DNA of 64,000 nt from an uncultured Paracoccus sp. (GCF_947496875.1 NZ_CANMEH010000001.1:251663-315662), one strand, 5' to 3'. Positions 31,296 through 42,377 are shown, numbered from the stretch's first letter. The notes: generated by a model from the letters alone, not told the origin. A program made the numbers and translations.

Positions 31296-32153
31296 ATGGC
31301 TATGGAACATGTGTATGAATCCGGTTCGAACCGCAGCCTGTCGGCGATGTTCGACACGCGCGCCGAAGCGGATCGTGCGGTCTCGCGTCTGCGCGAAGTC
31401 GGCATTGCCGATGTCGTTCTGACCGGCGAGGACAACCCCGGTTACGGCGCGACCAGCCGTGCCGACACCACCCGCGACGACGATCGCGGCTTCTTCGAAT
31501 CGATCGGCGATTTCTTCTTTCCCGAAGAGGACCGCCACACCTACGCCGAGGGTCTGAACCGCGGCGGCTTTCTCGTGACCGTGTCCAACGTCCCCGCGGA
31601 GCTGTATGACCGTGCCCTGGACATTCTGGACGACGAAGGTGCCATCGACCTGGACGCCCGCGAAAGCGAGTGGCGGTCGGAAGGCTGGGCCGGTGTGCAG
31701 ACCTTCGGATCCGAGCGGGCCGATCTGGACCGCCGCGACGTCACCGGCGACGAACACATCGACGTCGTGGAAGAGCGGATGTCCGTCGCCAAGCGGGAAA
31801 CCGACGCCGGTCGCGTCCGGGTCCGGTCCTATGTGCGCGAGGTTCCGGTCGAGCAGGAGGTCGAACTGCGCAGCGAAAGCGTCAACATCGAACGTCATCC
31901 GGTCGACCGCCCCGCCGGCGCCGATGCGTTCGAGGAGCGCAGCATCGAGGGCCGCGAATACCGCGAAAGCGCCGTCGTGCAGAAGGACGCCCGCGTCGTC
32001 GAGGAGATCGACGTGCACAAGGACGTCGAGTCGCATACCGAAACGGTGCGCGACACGGTTCGCAAGACCGAGGTTGAGATCGAGGATGATCGCGACACCG
32101 TGGATCCCACGATCAATCCCGGGGTCACGGGCCGTGACGACATCAACCGCTGA
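31296..32153 (+). CDS. YsnF/AvaK-domain (DUF2382) general-stress protein
   Basis: N-terminal domain ..SAMFDTRAEADRAVSRLREVG... C-terminal DUF2382 (IDVVEERMSVAKRETDAGRVRVRSYV..VQKDARVVEEIDVHKDVE..). Confidence 0.85.
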   Translation: MAMEHVYESGSNRSLSAMFDTRAEADRAVSRLREVGIADVVLTGEDNPGYGATSRADTTRDDDRGFFESIGDFFFPEEDRHTYAEGLNRGGFLVTVSNVPAELYDRALDILDDEGAIDLDARESEWRSEGWAGVQTFGSERADLDRRDVTGDEHIDVVEERMSVAKRETDAGRVRVRSYVREVPVEQEVELRSESVNIERHPVDRPAGADAFEERSIEGREYRESAVVQKDARVVEEIDVHKDVESHTETVRDTVRKTEVEIEDDRDTVDPTINPGVTGRDDINR

Positions 32154-32189
32154 GCACGCGGCGTGACCGGATTTCAATGACCAGAGACA

Positions 32190-32219
32190 GGGCAGCCTCT
32201 CGGGGCTGCCCCTTTTTTT
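32190..32219 (+). terminator. Intrinsic terminator after the second ysnF gene
   Basis: GGGCAGCC-tctcgg-GGCTGCCC followed by C + seven T (32213-32219). Confidence 0.85.
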
Positions 32220-32309
32220 GGCGGTGCGCCGCACGACCGTCCCCGCAGTCCCCGACGCGTCGTGCGTCGGAAACCAGGCAGCGGCCATAGAGCAGAACGA
32301 GACACGCGC

Positions 32310-33038
32310 ATGGCATTGACGGAGTACTTCATCCGGTTCCTCCAGCGTCGAGATGTGCTGCAGCCCGAGGACCTGGAACGGCTGAAGAGCATTCCGACAA
32401 CCATACGGCGCTACGAGTCGGGCGAAGAGGTCGTGCCGGCGGGCAACCGCCACCGCAGCTGCATGATGCTGCGCGGCATGACCGGACGGGTGCACAGCCT
32501 GCCGGGTCGATGCGCCACGAAGGCGATTACCGCGCTGCATGTGCCGGGCGACTTCGTCGATCTGCACAGCTTCGTGCTGAAGGGGCTGACCCATGTGGTG
32601 GTGGCGTTCGGTCGGGCCGAGGTCGAGTTTGTCGACCACAAGGACCTGCGCGCCATCACCGAGGACTTCCCCCACCTCACCCGCATGCTGTGGATGGCCA
32701 CCGCCATCGACGCGGCGATCCATCGGCAGTGGCTGGTGGCCAGCGCGTCGCTGCGGGCCAGTCCGCACCTGGCCCATCTGCTGTGCGAACTCTACACCCG
32801 GATGTCGCTGGTCGGGGCCGCGCGCGACGGGAACATGTCGCTGCCCTTGCTGCAGCGTGAACTGGCCGACACGCTGGGCTATTCGCCGATCCACATCAAT
32901 CGCGCCGTCCGGGACCTGCGCGACCGCAAGCTGGTGCGCTGGCAGGGAACGGAAATCGAGATCCTGAACTGGGACGGTCTGGTGCAGCTGGCGCGGTTCG
33001 ACCCGACCTACCTGGAAATCGAACGCCAGCGGCGGTGA
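32310..33038 (+). CDS. Crp/Fnr family transcriptional regulator
   Basis: cNMP-binding-like N-terminus and C-terminal HTH (LPLLQRELADTLGYSPIHINRAVRDLRDRKLV). Start ATG 32310. Confidence 0.85.
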   Translation: MALTEYFIRFLQRRDVLQPEDLERLKSIPTTIRRYESGEEVVPAGNRHRSCMMLRGMTGRVHSLPGRCATKAITALHVPGDFVDLHSFVLKGLTHVVVAFGRAEVEFVDHKDLRAITEDFPHLTRMLWMATAIDAAIHRQWLVASASLRASPHLAHLLCELYTRMSLVGAARDGNMSLPLLQRELADTLGYSPIHINRAVRDLRDRKLVRWQGTEIEILNWDGLVQLARFDPTYLEIERQRR

Positions 33039-33938
33039 TCACTGGCACAGGCGATAGCCGCCGTTGCGCTGCTTGATGTCCAGGTGCAGGTGGTCGTCAT
33101 GCGCCGCATTGGACCCCGGCCCCAGAACGGTGGTGAACTCGACGCAGGCGGTGGCCTGGACGGCAGCCTGGAACACCGCGGGCAGGTCGCCGTGATCCTG
33201 CCGGGGCGCGATCTGCAGCGGTTCGGCATCGGCGAACCGGAACCCGGCGATATCGATGGCGTTGCCGAATGCATGCTCGGACTGGCGCGCCGTGCTCTCG
33301 GTCCCGATGACCGGACGGCAGTCATAGGTCGTTCCCAGCATCATCCCTGACAGCCGCGGTGCACCGGGCAGGCGCGACGCCGCCGGCAGCACGAAGTCGC
33401 GGGTCCAGTGGGCCAGGGCGCGTGCGGTGTCGCAGCGCATCTCGGCGCCGCCGTCCAGCGTGATCCCCGGCAGGATCTCGGTCAGGTGCAGGGGACGCTG
33501 GATACCGCAGTCCCTGTCGTCCGGGTCGGTGACCGGCGCGCTGTCGCGGTACCGGGCGCCGAGCATGGTCAGTTCCAGCTTGCAGGCCGCGAGGTCGAAA
33601 TCGCTTTCCCGCAGCAGTTCCGGCATTGGGGGGCCGACGGGGACCGTCTCGATCGGGGGTGTGAGGGCAAGGCCGGCGGGCTGGGCCGGCGGTGTCGAGA
33701 GATCGGTCGCGTCGGGTGCGGATGGGGCGAGCGGCGTGGGCGCTGGCGACGGCGCCGAAGGTTCGAGCTCCGGTCGGGCAGGCGGGCGCTGTGCCGGGAC
33801 CCGCACCGGCGGGGGCTCGTCTGCCGGGCGCTCGGGCGGTGGCTGCTGCGCATGTGCGGACATCCCCAGCGTGCTGCTGAACAGCAGCATAAGCAGACCG
33901 GCACGGAATGATCCCCCGCCGGTGCCTGTCCGCTGCAT
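33039..33938 (-). CDS. Extensin-like C-terminal domain protein (Pro-rich secreted protein)
   Basis: Signal peptide, Pro-rich linker, then ..CGIQRPLHLTEI..AEMRCDTARALAHW..SEHAFGNAIDIAGF..AAHDDHLHLD... TGATG overlap with the upstream L,D-transpeptidase. Confidence 0.85.
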   Translation of the reverse strand: MQRTGTGGGSFRAGLLMLLFSSTLGMSAHAQQPPPERPADEPPPVRVPAQRPPARPELEPSAPSPAPTPLAPSAPDATDLSTPPAQPAGLALTPPIETVPVGPPMPELLRESDFDLAACKLELTMLGARYRDSAPVTDPDDRDCGIQRPLHLTEILPGITLDGGAEMRCDTARALAHWTRDFVLPAASRLPGAPRLSGMMLGTTYDCRPVIGTESTARQSEHAFGNAIDIAGFRFADAEPLQIAPRQDHGDLPAVFQAAVQATACVEFTTVLGPGSNAAHDDHLHLDIKQRNGGYRLCQ

Positions 33939-35521
33939 CAGCGGCTCAGCGTCGGCGTGTCCGGCATTTGCAGGCCTTCACCCGACCGTCCTGCCGGGTC
34001 TTGCGGTGTGTAAGTGGCTGGGGGCTGCACCTGGACCGGCTGCTGGTTTGCCGGCACCGGCGTGGCCGGCACAACGGTCAGCTGCGTCGCCGCGGGCGGC
34101 AGCACAAAGCCGCTTGTGGTCTGTCCGTCCATTCCGGTCCGCCCCTCGCTGCCGCTCAGCTGATCGAGCGGCAGCACAGCAGCTTCGGCCGGCGGAGGCA
34201 AGTCGGTGCCATCGGTTGCAGTACGTGACGGGTCAGTTGTGGTCGCCGTCATCGCCGCGCGACGCAGCGGGTTCATGCCTGGCCGCTGCGCCCCGAGCAG
34301 AACCGGCGCGTCCGCCGCCTGCGAGTCCGCGGCCGGCATGGCGCCGCTGGCCGAGACACCCGAGGCCAGGGCCTGTGCGACGGCGGCGTCGGTCCCGGTG
34401 AGAGGGCCGGTGGCGTCCGCAGCTGCGGTGAGCGGCTGCGGGTCCGGCTGCGACGCCGTCCCCGCCGCGGCGCTGCCGACGATCGTCGCGGCCGCGCCCG
34501 CGACATCTGCAATGCGAACCCCCGGCGGCAGGAATTCGACGATGGTCGTGCCGGGCTGGACCATGTGTGCCAGTTCCTGCGCGTCCCAGTTCGTCAGCCG
34601 CACGCAACCGTGCGATTCCTGCACGAACAGGCGCGACGGGGTCGCGGTGCCATGGATCCCGTAGGTCGGCTGGCTCAGATCGATCCAGACATTCCCGACC
34701 GGACCGTTCGGACCCGGCGGCACGACCAGCACCTTGTCGTTGTCGCCCTGCTTGAAGTTCTTGTTCGGATCGTAGGTATAGGTCGGATTCAGGGCGATGG
34801 CCGTGACACTGTGCGTACCGTGCGGCGACGGCGTCGCATCGGACCCGATCGTGGCGGGGTAGTCGACGACCATCCTGCCGGCCGCATCATAGGCCGCCAC
34901 GCGATGCGCGTCCTTGTCGATGAGGATACGGGCGACCTTGGCCTTCAGCGGTTTCGCGGGAACGGTCACCCGGATCGTTTCGCCGGGCACAAAGGCGGCT
35001 GCGGGGTTCAGCTGGGCCAGGAACTTGTCGTCCATGTGGAACCGCTCGGCCAGCCGTTCGACCACCGAGGTGTAGCCCTGTGTCTCCATCGCCGCCTTTT
35101 CGGCGTAATCGGTGGGGATGTGGTCGACCAGGTCCTGCGCGTCGGCCTCGGTGATGGTGTAGTCCATTGTCATCGGGGCAGCGGCATGGGCGTGCAGCAA
35201 TTGCCAGATGGTCGGATCCATCATCCCGTCCATGGGCAGCCCGTGTCCCCGTTCGAACGCCAGGATCGCGCTTTCGCTCATCCCGCCCTTGAACCCGTCA
35301 ACGACACCCGGCGACACGCCCGACCGGTCCAGCAGGATCTGCACCTTGGCGGTCAGGGCCGACTGCCCACTCGGCAGGTCGCCGCCTGCATATTGGGCGG
35401 CCTCGATATCCTGCGACATGATCTGGACGCGTCCCGATTGTGCAGCGCCCTGCGACGGGGACAGCGCGATAAGCGTGCCCGACGCGACAAGGCCGAGGAT
35501 GAGGGAGCGGGACGACGTCAT
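33938..35521 (-). CDS. L,D-transpeptidase (YkuD domain) with PG-binding domain and a long low-complexity C-terminal tail
   Basis: Start ATG 35521 after GGAGG. PG_binding_1-like segment (LLDRSGVSPGVVDGFKGGMSESAILAFERGHGLPMDG). YkuD catalytic motif ESHGCVRLTNWD. Confidence 0.85.
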   Translation of the reverse strand: MTSSRSLILGLVASGTLIALSPSQGAAQSGRVQIMSQDIEAAQYAGGDLPSGQSALTAKVQILLDRSGVSPGVVDGFKGGMSESAILAFERGHGLPMDGMMDPTIWQLLHAHAAAPMTMDYTITEADAQDLVDHIPTDYAEKAAMETQGYTSVVERLAERFHMDDKFLAQLNPAAAFVPGETIRVTVPAKPLKAKVARILIDKDAHRVAAYDAAGRMVVDYPATIGSDATPSPHGTHSVTAIALNPTYTYDPNKNFKQGDNDKVLVVPPGPNGPVGNVWIDLSQPTYGIHGTATPSRLFVQESHGCVRLTNWDAQELAHMVQPGTTIVEFLPPGVRIADVAGAAATIVGSAAAGTASQPDPQPLTAAADATGPLTGTDAAVAQALASGVSASGAMPAADSQAADAPVLLGAQRPGMNPLRRAAMTATTTDPSRTATDGTDLPPPAEAAVLPLDQLSGSEGRTGMDGQTTSGFVLPPAATQLTVVPATPVPANQQPVQVQPPATYTPQDPAGRSGEGLQMPDTPTLSR

Positions 35522-35713
35522 TATGCCTCCGGGGAACGAACTGGATTGCCGCATGTCATGTGTCTGCGGGATCACCCGGTCAGGCAAGGCAGGCGTATTC
35601 ACTTAAGGTTGAATCGCTCGGCAGTTGTGTCCGGGACAGCTGGCGATACGGGCTTGCAGGCGCTGCGCCTTCGGGGCGATGGTCCGGGGACACCGATGGA
35701 CCAGGGGACCGGC

Positions 35714-36544
35714 ATGAGCACGCATTGCGAGATCCAGGACAAGGGCGACCGGCTGGTTGTCATCAACCGCAATGCGGCCCGCCGCAATGCGCTCAGCCCG
35801 GATTTCACCGCCGGGCTGCGCAGCGCCCTGGCGCAGGCGACGGCAGCGCCGCGGATCGCGTCGGTCATCGTGACGGGAGAGGGCGGGTTCTTCTGCGCCG
35901 GCGGCGACCTGACGGTGCTGCAGAACGCGGGCCAGATGACCGAGGCGCAGCGGCGCGGGCGCATCGCCGATCTGGCACAGCTGATGCGCGAGGTCATGGG
36001 CTGCGCCCGGCCGGTGATCGCGGCGGTGGACGGGGGCGCTGCCGGTGCCGGGTTCTCGCTGGCCTTCGCCTGCGACCTGATCGTGGCGGCGCGCGACGCG
36101 AAGTTCACGGCCGCCTACGTCAATGCCGGGCTCGTCCCGGATGGCGGCCTGACGGGCAGCCTGATGGCGGCCCTGCCGCCGGCGCTGGCCAGCGAGATCG
36201 CACTGACCGGGCGCCCTGTCGGTGCCGAACGTCTGCACGCGCTGGGCGCGATCAATGAGCTGACCGAGCCGGGGCAGGCGTTGGAGGCGGCGAACGCACT
36301 TGCCGACAGGCTGGCCCAGGGACCGGCCGAGGCGCAGGCTTCCATCAAAAAGCTGATGGTGGGGGCACGGGCCCAGTTGATGGAACAACAGTTCGAGGCA
36401 GAGACCCCGCACATGGCGCGCGCGCTTGCCGGATCCGAGGCGGCCGAAGGGATGGCCGCGTTCCTGACCAAGCGTCCCGCCGAATATGCCCGTCTGCGCC
36501 TGGCGGCCGGAGGCGGCGCGGCACCTTCCGAGACCGCGAACTGA
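35714..36544 (+). CDS. Enoyl-CoA hydratase/isomerase (crotonase) family protein
   Basis: ..VVINRNAARRNALSPDF..VIVTGEGGFFCAGGDL..PVIAAVDGGAAGAGFSLAFACD... ORF 34565..36544 is over-extended. Confidence 0.85.
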   Translation: MSTHCEIQDKGDRLVVINRNAARRNALSPDFTAGLRSALAQATAAPRIASVIVTGEGGFFCAGGDLTVLQNAGQMTEAQRRGRIADLAQLMREVMGCARPVIAAVDGGAAGAGFSLAFACDLIVAARDAKFTAAYVNAGLVPDGGLTGSLMAALPPALASEIALTGRPVGAERLHALGAINELTEPGQALEAANALADRLAQGPAEAQASIKKLMVGARAQLMEQQFEAETPHMARALAGSEAAEGMAAFLTKRPAEYARLRLAAGGGAAPSETAN

Positions 36545-36568
36545 CCCGCCCTGCCATGGGACGACAGC

Positions 36569-37330
36569 TCAGGGGCTGATCGGAACCCTGCGGCCCGGCG
36601 TCAGCGTGTGCTGGACGTAGGTGACTGGCCGCATGCCCATCCATGCGCAGGTGAGAAAGCTCAGCACCGGGCTTGCCGCGTCGGCCCCCATGTATTCGGC
36701 ACAGCCGGCATCCCCCGCGGTGGTCGCATCGACCACGGTCTCGATCCGGTCGAGATTGACGTTCCCGACCAGCCATTCATTCGCGCCGATGGTCTCCAGC
36801 ACCTCCTGCGTCAGTTGCTGCGCCACCGGCTGCCGTGTCCAGCGCCGCTCGTGACATGTGGGCAGGTCGTCGGAATACATCATCGCCTTGGATTCCAGAA
36901 CCGTCTCGTCCCTGTCCAGCAGCAGCGCACGGGCAATCGCATCGGGCGGGCTGACCCAGCCGCTCTCAAGCAGGCGATAGCCGTAAACCCCGCCCGCCCG
37001 CTCGATGTGGTGGCGCATCAAATGGTCGAGATCCGGACCGGGTGCGGTGTAGATATTCTCGGCGACGCGCGTCCCGACCTTTCGCCGCCGGATCAGGATG
37101 CCGCGGGCGGCCAGTTCGGTCAGGGCACGGTTCACCGTCGCACGTGCGCAGCCCAGCTCGGCGGCCAGCTGCTGTTCGGTCGGGATCAGCTCGCCGACCC
37201 CATAGCGTTCGGTCCGGATGCGATGCAGCACTTCGTTCATCACCGACTGCCAGGTCGTGTGACGGCGGGATGTCTCCGTCCCGCCGGCAAAGATCGCCGT
37301 CCTCACCCGTTCGCGTTCATTCGCCGTCAT
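36569..37330 (-). CDS. GntR family (HutC/UTRA subfamily) transcriptional regulator
   Basis: wHTH segment ..GELIPTEQQLAAELGCARATVNRALTELAARGILIRRRKVGTRV.. followed by a UTRA-like C-terminus. Confidence 0.85.
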   Translation of the reverse strand: MTANERERVRTAIFAGGTETSRRHTTWQSVMNEVLHRIRTERYGVGELIPTEQQLAAELGCARATVNRALTELAARGILIRRRKVGTRVAENIYTAPGPDLDHLMRHHIERAGGVYGYRLLESGWVSPPDAIARALLLDRDETVLESKAMMYSDDLPTCHERRWTRQPVAQQLTQEVLETIGANEWLVGNVNLDRIETVVDATTAGDAGCAEYMGADAASPVLSFLTCAWMGMRPVTYVQHTLTPGRRVPISP

Positions 37331-37564
37331 GAGGTCCCGCGATCTGAGAGTGCTTGGAGTGCCTGGAACATAGTGGGCGTGCGCTCACTCAACAGATGTC
37401 CATTTCGTCAGGGTTGCGACCATATCTGGGTGCGCCGGCACAGCGGATCAACCATGCGGCGCAGGCTGGGGTGGCCCTCGGCCTCCCTGGGACGTTGACA
37501 ATCCTGCTGCGGCGGCGCCCTTTCGGGCCATAGCATCCCAGGCCGCCTTGCAAGTAGATCGACC

Positions 37565-38776
37565 GTGCCCCCGACCCTGAGCAGTCCCGCCGCAGCCCTC
37601 CGTCCCGCCGCTTCGACCACCGCCTGGTCGGTGCTGTGGGCGATCAGCTTGTGTCACATGATCAACGACGTGATGCAGTCGCTGCTGTCGGCGATCTATC
37701 CGCTGCTGCGGGCCGAGTTCGACCTGTCCTATGCGCAGGTCGGCATGATGACCTTCGCGTTCCAGGTCACCGCGTCGATCCTGCAGCCGGCGGTCGGCCT
37801 GGTCACCGACCGGCATCCGATGCCGCGATCGCTGGCAGTGGGGATGCTGGCGACCTTCAGCGGGGTCGCGCTGCTGTCGCAGGCGCCCAGCTATGGCTGG
37901 TTGCTGGTCGGGGCGATGCTGATCGGGTCGGGATCGGCGGTCTTTCACCCGGAAAGCTCGCGTGTCGCCCGGATCGCGTCCGGCGGACGGTTCGGCACCG
38001 CGCAGTCACTGTTCCAGCTGGGCGGCAATGCGGGCCAGGCGGTGGGTCCGCTGCTGGCGGCGTTCCTGGTGGTGCCGCTCGGGCGGCCGGTGATCGGCTG
38101 GGTGGCCCTGTTCGCCCTGGCCGGCGCGGCAACCCTGTGGCGGGTCGGCGCCTGGGCCGAGGGTCGCAGGCGCGCGTCGGTCGCCACGACCCCGCCCCGG
38201 CCGGCGCTGGCGCGGCGCCGGATCGTCGGCGCGATCGCCGTTCTGGCGCTGCTGGTGATGACCAAGAACTTCTACACGGCCAGCCTGTCCAGCTACTACA
38301 CGTTCTTCCTGATCGAGAAGTTCGGGCTGAGCGCGCAGGCGTCGCAGGTCATGCTGTTCCTGTTCCTGGGGGGAATGGCCGCCGGGGTGATGCTGGGCGG
38401 CATCGTCGGCGACCGCGTGGGTTCCCTGACGGTGATCTGGGTGTCGATCCTGGGGATTCTGCCGCTGACCCTGGCGCTGCCGCATGTCGGCCTGATCCCG
38501 ACGGGTATCCTGTCGGTGCTGATCGGGCTGATCCTCGCCTCTGCGTTCCCGGCCATCGTCGTCTATGCGCAGGAACTCGTCCCCGGACGGACCGGGCTGA
38601 TCGCGGGGCTGTTCTTCGGCTTCGCCTTCGGCATGGGTGGTGTGGCCGCGGCGCTGCTGGGCCGGGTCGCCGACGTGCGGGGGATCGAGTTCGTGTACCA
38701 GCTGTGCGCGTTCCTGCCGCTGCTGGGCCTCACGACCATCCTGCTGCCGCGCCGGCGCGATCTCGTCCCTCGCTGA
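37565..38776 (+). CDS. MFS transporter (Fsr/fosmidomycin-resistance-like)
   Basis: 12-TM MFS protein with N-terminal ..[53 protein letters not shown].. typical of the Fsr subfamily. GTG start. Confidence 0.85.
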   Translation: MPPTLSSPAAALRPAASTTAWSVLWAISLCHMINDVMQSLLSAIYPLLRAEFDLSYAQVGMMTFAFQVTASILQPAVGLVTDRHPMPRSLAVGMLATFSGVALLSQAPSYGWLLVGAMLIGSGSAVFHPESSRVARIASGGRFGTAQSLFQLGGNAGQAVGPLLAAFLVVPLGRPVIGWVALFALAGAATLWRVGAWAEGRRRASVATTPPRPALARRRIVGAIAVLALLVMTKNFYTASLSSYYTFFLIEKFGLSAQASQVMLFLFLGGMAAGVMLGGIVGDRVGSLTVIWVSILGILPLTLALPHVGLIPTGILSVLIGLILASAFPAIVVYAQELVPGRTGLIAGLFFGFAFGMGGVAAALLGRVADVRGIEFVYQLCAFLPLLGLTTILLPRRRDLVPR

Positions 38777-38874
38777 TCCGGCCGCTCGTAGGTGGTCTGG
38801 TCCGGACGCGCCGGGGTTCCGGCGGCCCGTGGGGCAGGGTAGGGTGCCGGTGTGATCCAGGGATTGGCACGCAC

Positions 38875-39567
38875 ATGAAAGACCTGTTCGGGCCTCAGCT
38901 GCACGATCCCCTGCCTCGACCGCGGGCCCGGTCAGGGCAGAAATGCGGCCTGCGCCACGAACGCGAGGCGATGGCCGACGGGGCGATGCTGGTCTGCGGT
39001 GTCGACGAGGTCGGGCGCGGTCCGCTGGCGGGTCCGGTCACGGCCGCGGCGGTCATCCTGCCCAGCCGCGGGGTTCCGCGCGGGCTGGACGATTCGAAGA
39101 AGCTGACAGCCGCCGCGCGGGACCGTCTGGCCGCCCGGATCATGGACAGTGCGATCTGGGCCGTGGCCCACGCCAGTGTCGCCGAGATCGACGAGCTGAA
39201 CATCTACCACGCCGCCCATCTGGCGATGTGCCGCGCGGTCGCGGCGCTCGGCGCGCGCCCCTGCGTGGCGCTGGTCGACGGCAATCGCATTCCCCGCGGG
39301 CTGGGCGTGCCGGCCCGCGCCATCGTCGGCGGCGACGCGCAAAGCGCATCGATCGCGGCCGCCTCGATCCTCGCCAAGGTGACGCGCGATCGGATCATGG
39401 TTGATTTCGCGCAACAGCACCCCGGCTATGGCTGGGAGGTGAATGCCGGTTACCCGACTCCGGCCCACAAGAAAGCCCTGCGGGAACTGGGTGCGACCCC
39501 GCTCCATAGACGCGGGTTTGCCCCAGTCTACCAGATGTTGTGTAAAGAGCAAAGCCTAACTCCCTGA
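38875..39567 (+). CDS. rnhB: Ribonuclease HII
   Basis: ..[53 protein letters not shown]... Start is ATG 38875 (alternative 38971). Confidence 0.88.
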   Translation: MKDLFGPQLHDPLPRPRARSGQKCGLRHEREAMADGAMLVCGVDEVGRGPLAGPVTAAAVILPSRGVPRGLDDSKKLTAAARDRLAARIMDSAIWAVAHASVAEIDELNIYHAAHLAMCRAVAALGARPCVALVDGNRIPRGLGVPARAIVGGDAQSASIAAASILAKVTRDRIMVDFAQQHPGYGWEVNAGYPTPAHKKALRELGATPLHRRGFAPVYQMLCKEQSLTP

Positions 39568-39572
39568 TCTAA

Positions 39573-40823
<1,251 letters not shown>

Positions 40824-40884
40824 CAGCATTCCCAGTTCGCCGAGGTCCTGCAGCCGCGGTTCGGCCGCAGCGCAGGACGAACTG

Positions 40885-40916
40885 CCCCGTCGTGCCCCGG
40901 CACGACGGGGTCTTTT
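40885..40916 (+). terminator. Intrinsic terminator after ccrM
   Basis: Perfect 11-bp stem CCCCGTCGTGC / GCACGACGGGG with a 4-nt loop, followed by TCTTTT. Confidence 0.85.
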
Positions 40917-40962
40917 CATGGATTGGTGTCAGCCGCCGTCCGGGCGTGACGCGGCGGCTGGG

Positions 40963-41970
40963 TCAAAGCGCGCCGCGGGGCAACGGCAACTCGCCACGGT
41001 CATAGGCCGTCCAGTCGGTTACACCGGGATAGAACTGCCGCCGCCAGGCGCGCACGCGCGGGTTCATCCGCCGGCGCCACAGCCCGGGGATCATCGCGAC
41101 GAATGTCATGAGCGGATAGCCGAACGGCAGCTGCGGCGCCTCGTCCGCGCCATAGGTCTGCAGCAGCGGAAAGCGCCGGTCGGGCTTGTAGTGGTGATCC
41201 GAGTGGCGCTGCAGGTTGATCAGCAGCCAGTTCGACGCAGTGTGGCTGGTATTCCAGCTGTGCCGCGGCAGGACGTGTTCATAGCGGCCGCCGCCGAAAT
41301 GCAGGCGGGTCAGCCCGTAATGCTCGAGATACCAGACGGGCCGCCCGGCCCGGGCCAGCAGGCGCCGTTCGGCGCGCCAGGCGGATCGGGGACAATCCAG
41401 CAGGACCCGCGGAAAGAACCGCCAGAAGCTTTCGTCATAGCGGGCCGACACGGCATCGCGCGGGGTGCCGACCCAGGCGTGGTGGACCAGCAGATGCTCG
41501 GACCGGAAATGCGCATAGAGGGTGGAGGCCAGCAGCAGATCGCCCATCCAGCGTTCCCAACGGGGGCGCTGGTGCAGCAATTCGTGGGCATAGACGATGC
41601 CGATGGTCCCCGACATCACCCCGATCCCGAAGAACAGGCCGATCTTTTCCCACCCGGTCAGATGGCCGGCGTGGGTGACGAACCAAATCGCGCCAAAGAT
41701 CACCGTGGCCTGGATCGGAAACCAGATCGCGGTGATCGCCCGATGCCAGAACAGATGGTAGGCCGAAGTCTCGGGGTCGAGGTTGGCCTTGTTCAAGCCC
41801 AGTACCGCGTCGAGTCCCGTGACAGGGTACCAGGCATAGGCCGGCATCAGGACAAACCACCACTCGCCCCGCCACGCCGCGATGATCGCCAGCGGCACGA
41901 GCCCGAGCGACATCCAGAAGGGCAGGGCGGAACGGGCGTGGCGGACCATGCGGAAATCTTGAAGCAGCAT
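40963..41970 (-). CDS. Alkane-1-monooxygenase-type integral-membrane di-iron hydroxylase/desaturase (AlkB family)
   Basis: Three His boxes: HELLHQ, EHLLVHH, LQRHSDHH. Multi-TM N-terminus. Start is ambiguous (41949, 41970, 42003 or 42051). Confidence 0.8.
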   Translation of the reverse strand: MLLQDFRMVRHARSALPFWMSLGLVPLAIIAAWRGEWWFVLMPAYAWYPVTGLDAVLGLNKANLDPETSAYHLFWHRAITAIWFPIQATVIFGAIWFVTHAGHLTGWEKIGLFFGIGVMSGTIGIVYAHELLHQRPRWERWMGDLLLASTLYAHFRSEHLLVHHAWVGTPRDAVSARYDESFWRFFPRVLLDCPRSAWRAERRLLARAGRPVWYLEHYGLTRLHFGGGRYEHVLPRHSWNTSHTASNWLLINLQRHSDHHYKPDRRFPLLQTYGADEAPQLPFGYPLMTFVAMIPGLWRRRMNPRVRAWRRQFYPGVTDWTAYDRGELPLPRGAL

Positions 41971-42091
41971 CGCGGCCTGTCCAGCAGCTCTGCGCGGCAG
42001 CATCTTGCCCAGCCCGCGGCGATTGGGCACAAGGGCAGGGCGTCGCCTCACGTGGCGAAACTGGTAAACGCAGCGGACTTCAACGGAGTGC

Positions 42092-42376
42092 CCGCGCGGA
42101 AACGCGCGGTGCAGAACGGCTCAAATTCGGGGAAACCTCACGGGTCGCGCCGGTGGCAATCCCGAGCCAAGCCCCTCGGCCGGCGCGCCGATGGGAAGGT
42201 GTAGAGACTAGACGGGCCGCAGCTGCCGGCCGCCCCGAGACCAACCGGCGCCGCGGCGGTCATGCTGAAGGGATAGTCCAGCCCACGAACGCCGCGCCTG
42301 CGGCGGCGGCGGAAGCCGAAGTGGGACGAAAATCCGCCGCCTTCGGGCTTCCCGGTTCGATCCCGGGCGTGAGGAC
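42092..42376 (+). ncRNA. Candidate structured RNA (unclassified; B12-box-like core, H-type pseudoknot, T-loop hairpin); strand assignment tentative
   Basis: See the first finding. It contains a GNRA hairpin, a 10-bp long-range helix, GCCCCGAGACCAACC (12 of 15 positions of the B12 box), nested 7-10-bp helices and CCCGG-TTCGATC-CCGGG. No credible CDS lies in this 460-nt gap. Confidence 0.3.
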
Positions 42377-42377
42377 G

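Noticed and set aside
42120-42260. ZTP (pfl), TPP or other common riboswitch classes, prompted by GGGTCGCG, CCGGTGG and CTGAAG strings.
   Set aside because: The required partner elements are absent: the CGACCC closing helix and CCGCCUGGGC pseudoknot for ZTP, and CUGAGA...ACCUGAUCUGGAUAAUGCCAGCG for TPP.
42136-42376. tmRNA (ssrA) interpretation of the T-arm-like hairpin, pseudoknot and acceptor-like pairing CCTCACG/CGTGAGG.
   Set aside because: There is no G3:U70 alanine identity pair and no encoded or plausible CCA end. No tag reading frame ends in ..LAA/VAA plus a stop on either strand. The layout does not fit the permuted two-piece gene expected in alphaproteobacteria.
42300-42376. tRNA gene or tRNA 3' fragment (integration att site) ending in CCCGG-TTCGATC-CCGGG-CGTGAGG-A.
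   Set aside because: No D-arm, anticodon arm or matching 5' acceptor strand lies within tRNA distance. No integrase or direct-repeat partner was found in the window. Only the T-arm-like hairpin is present.
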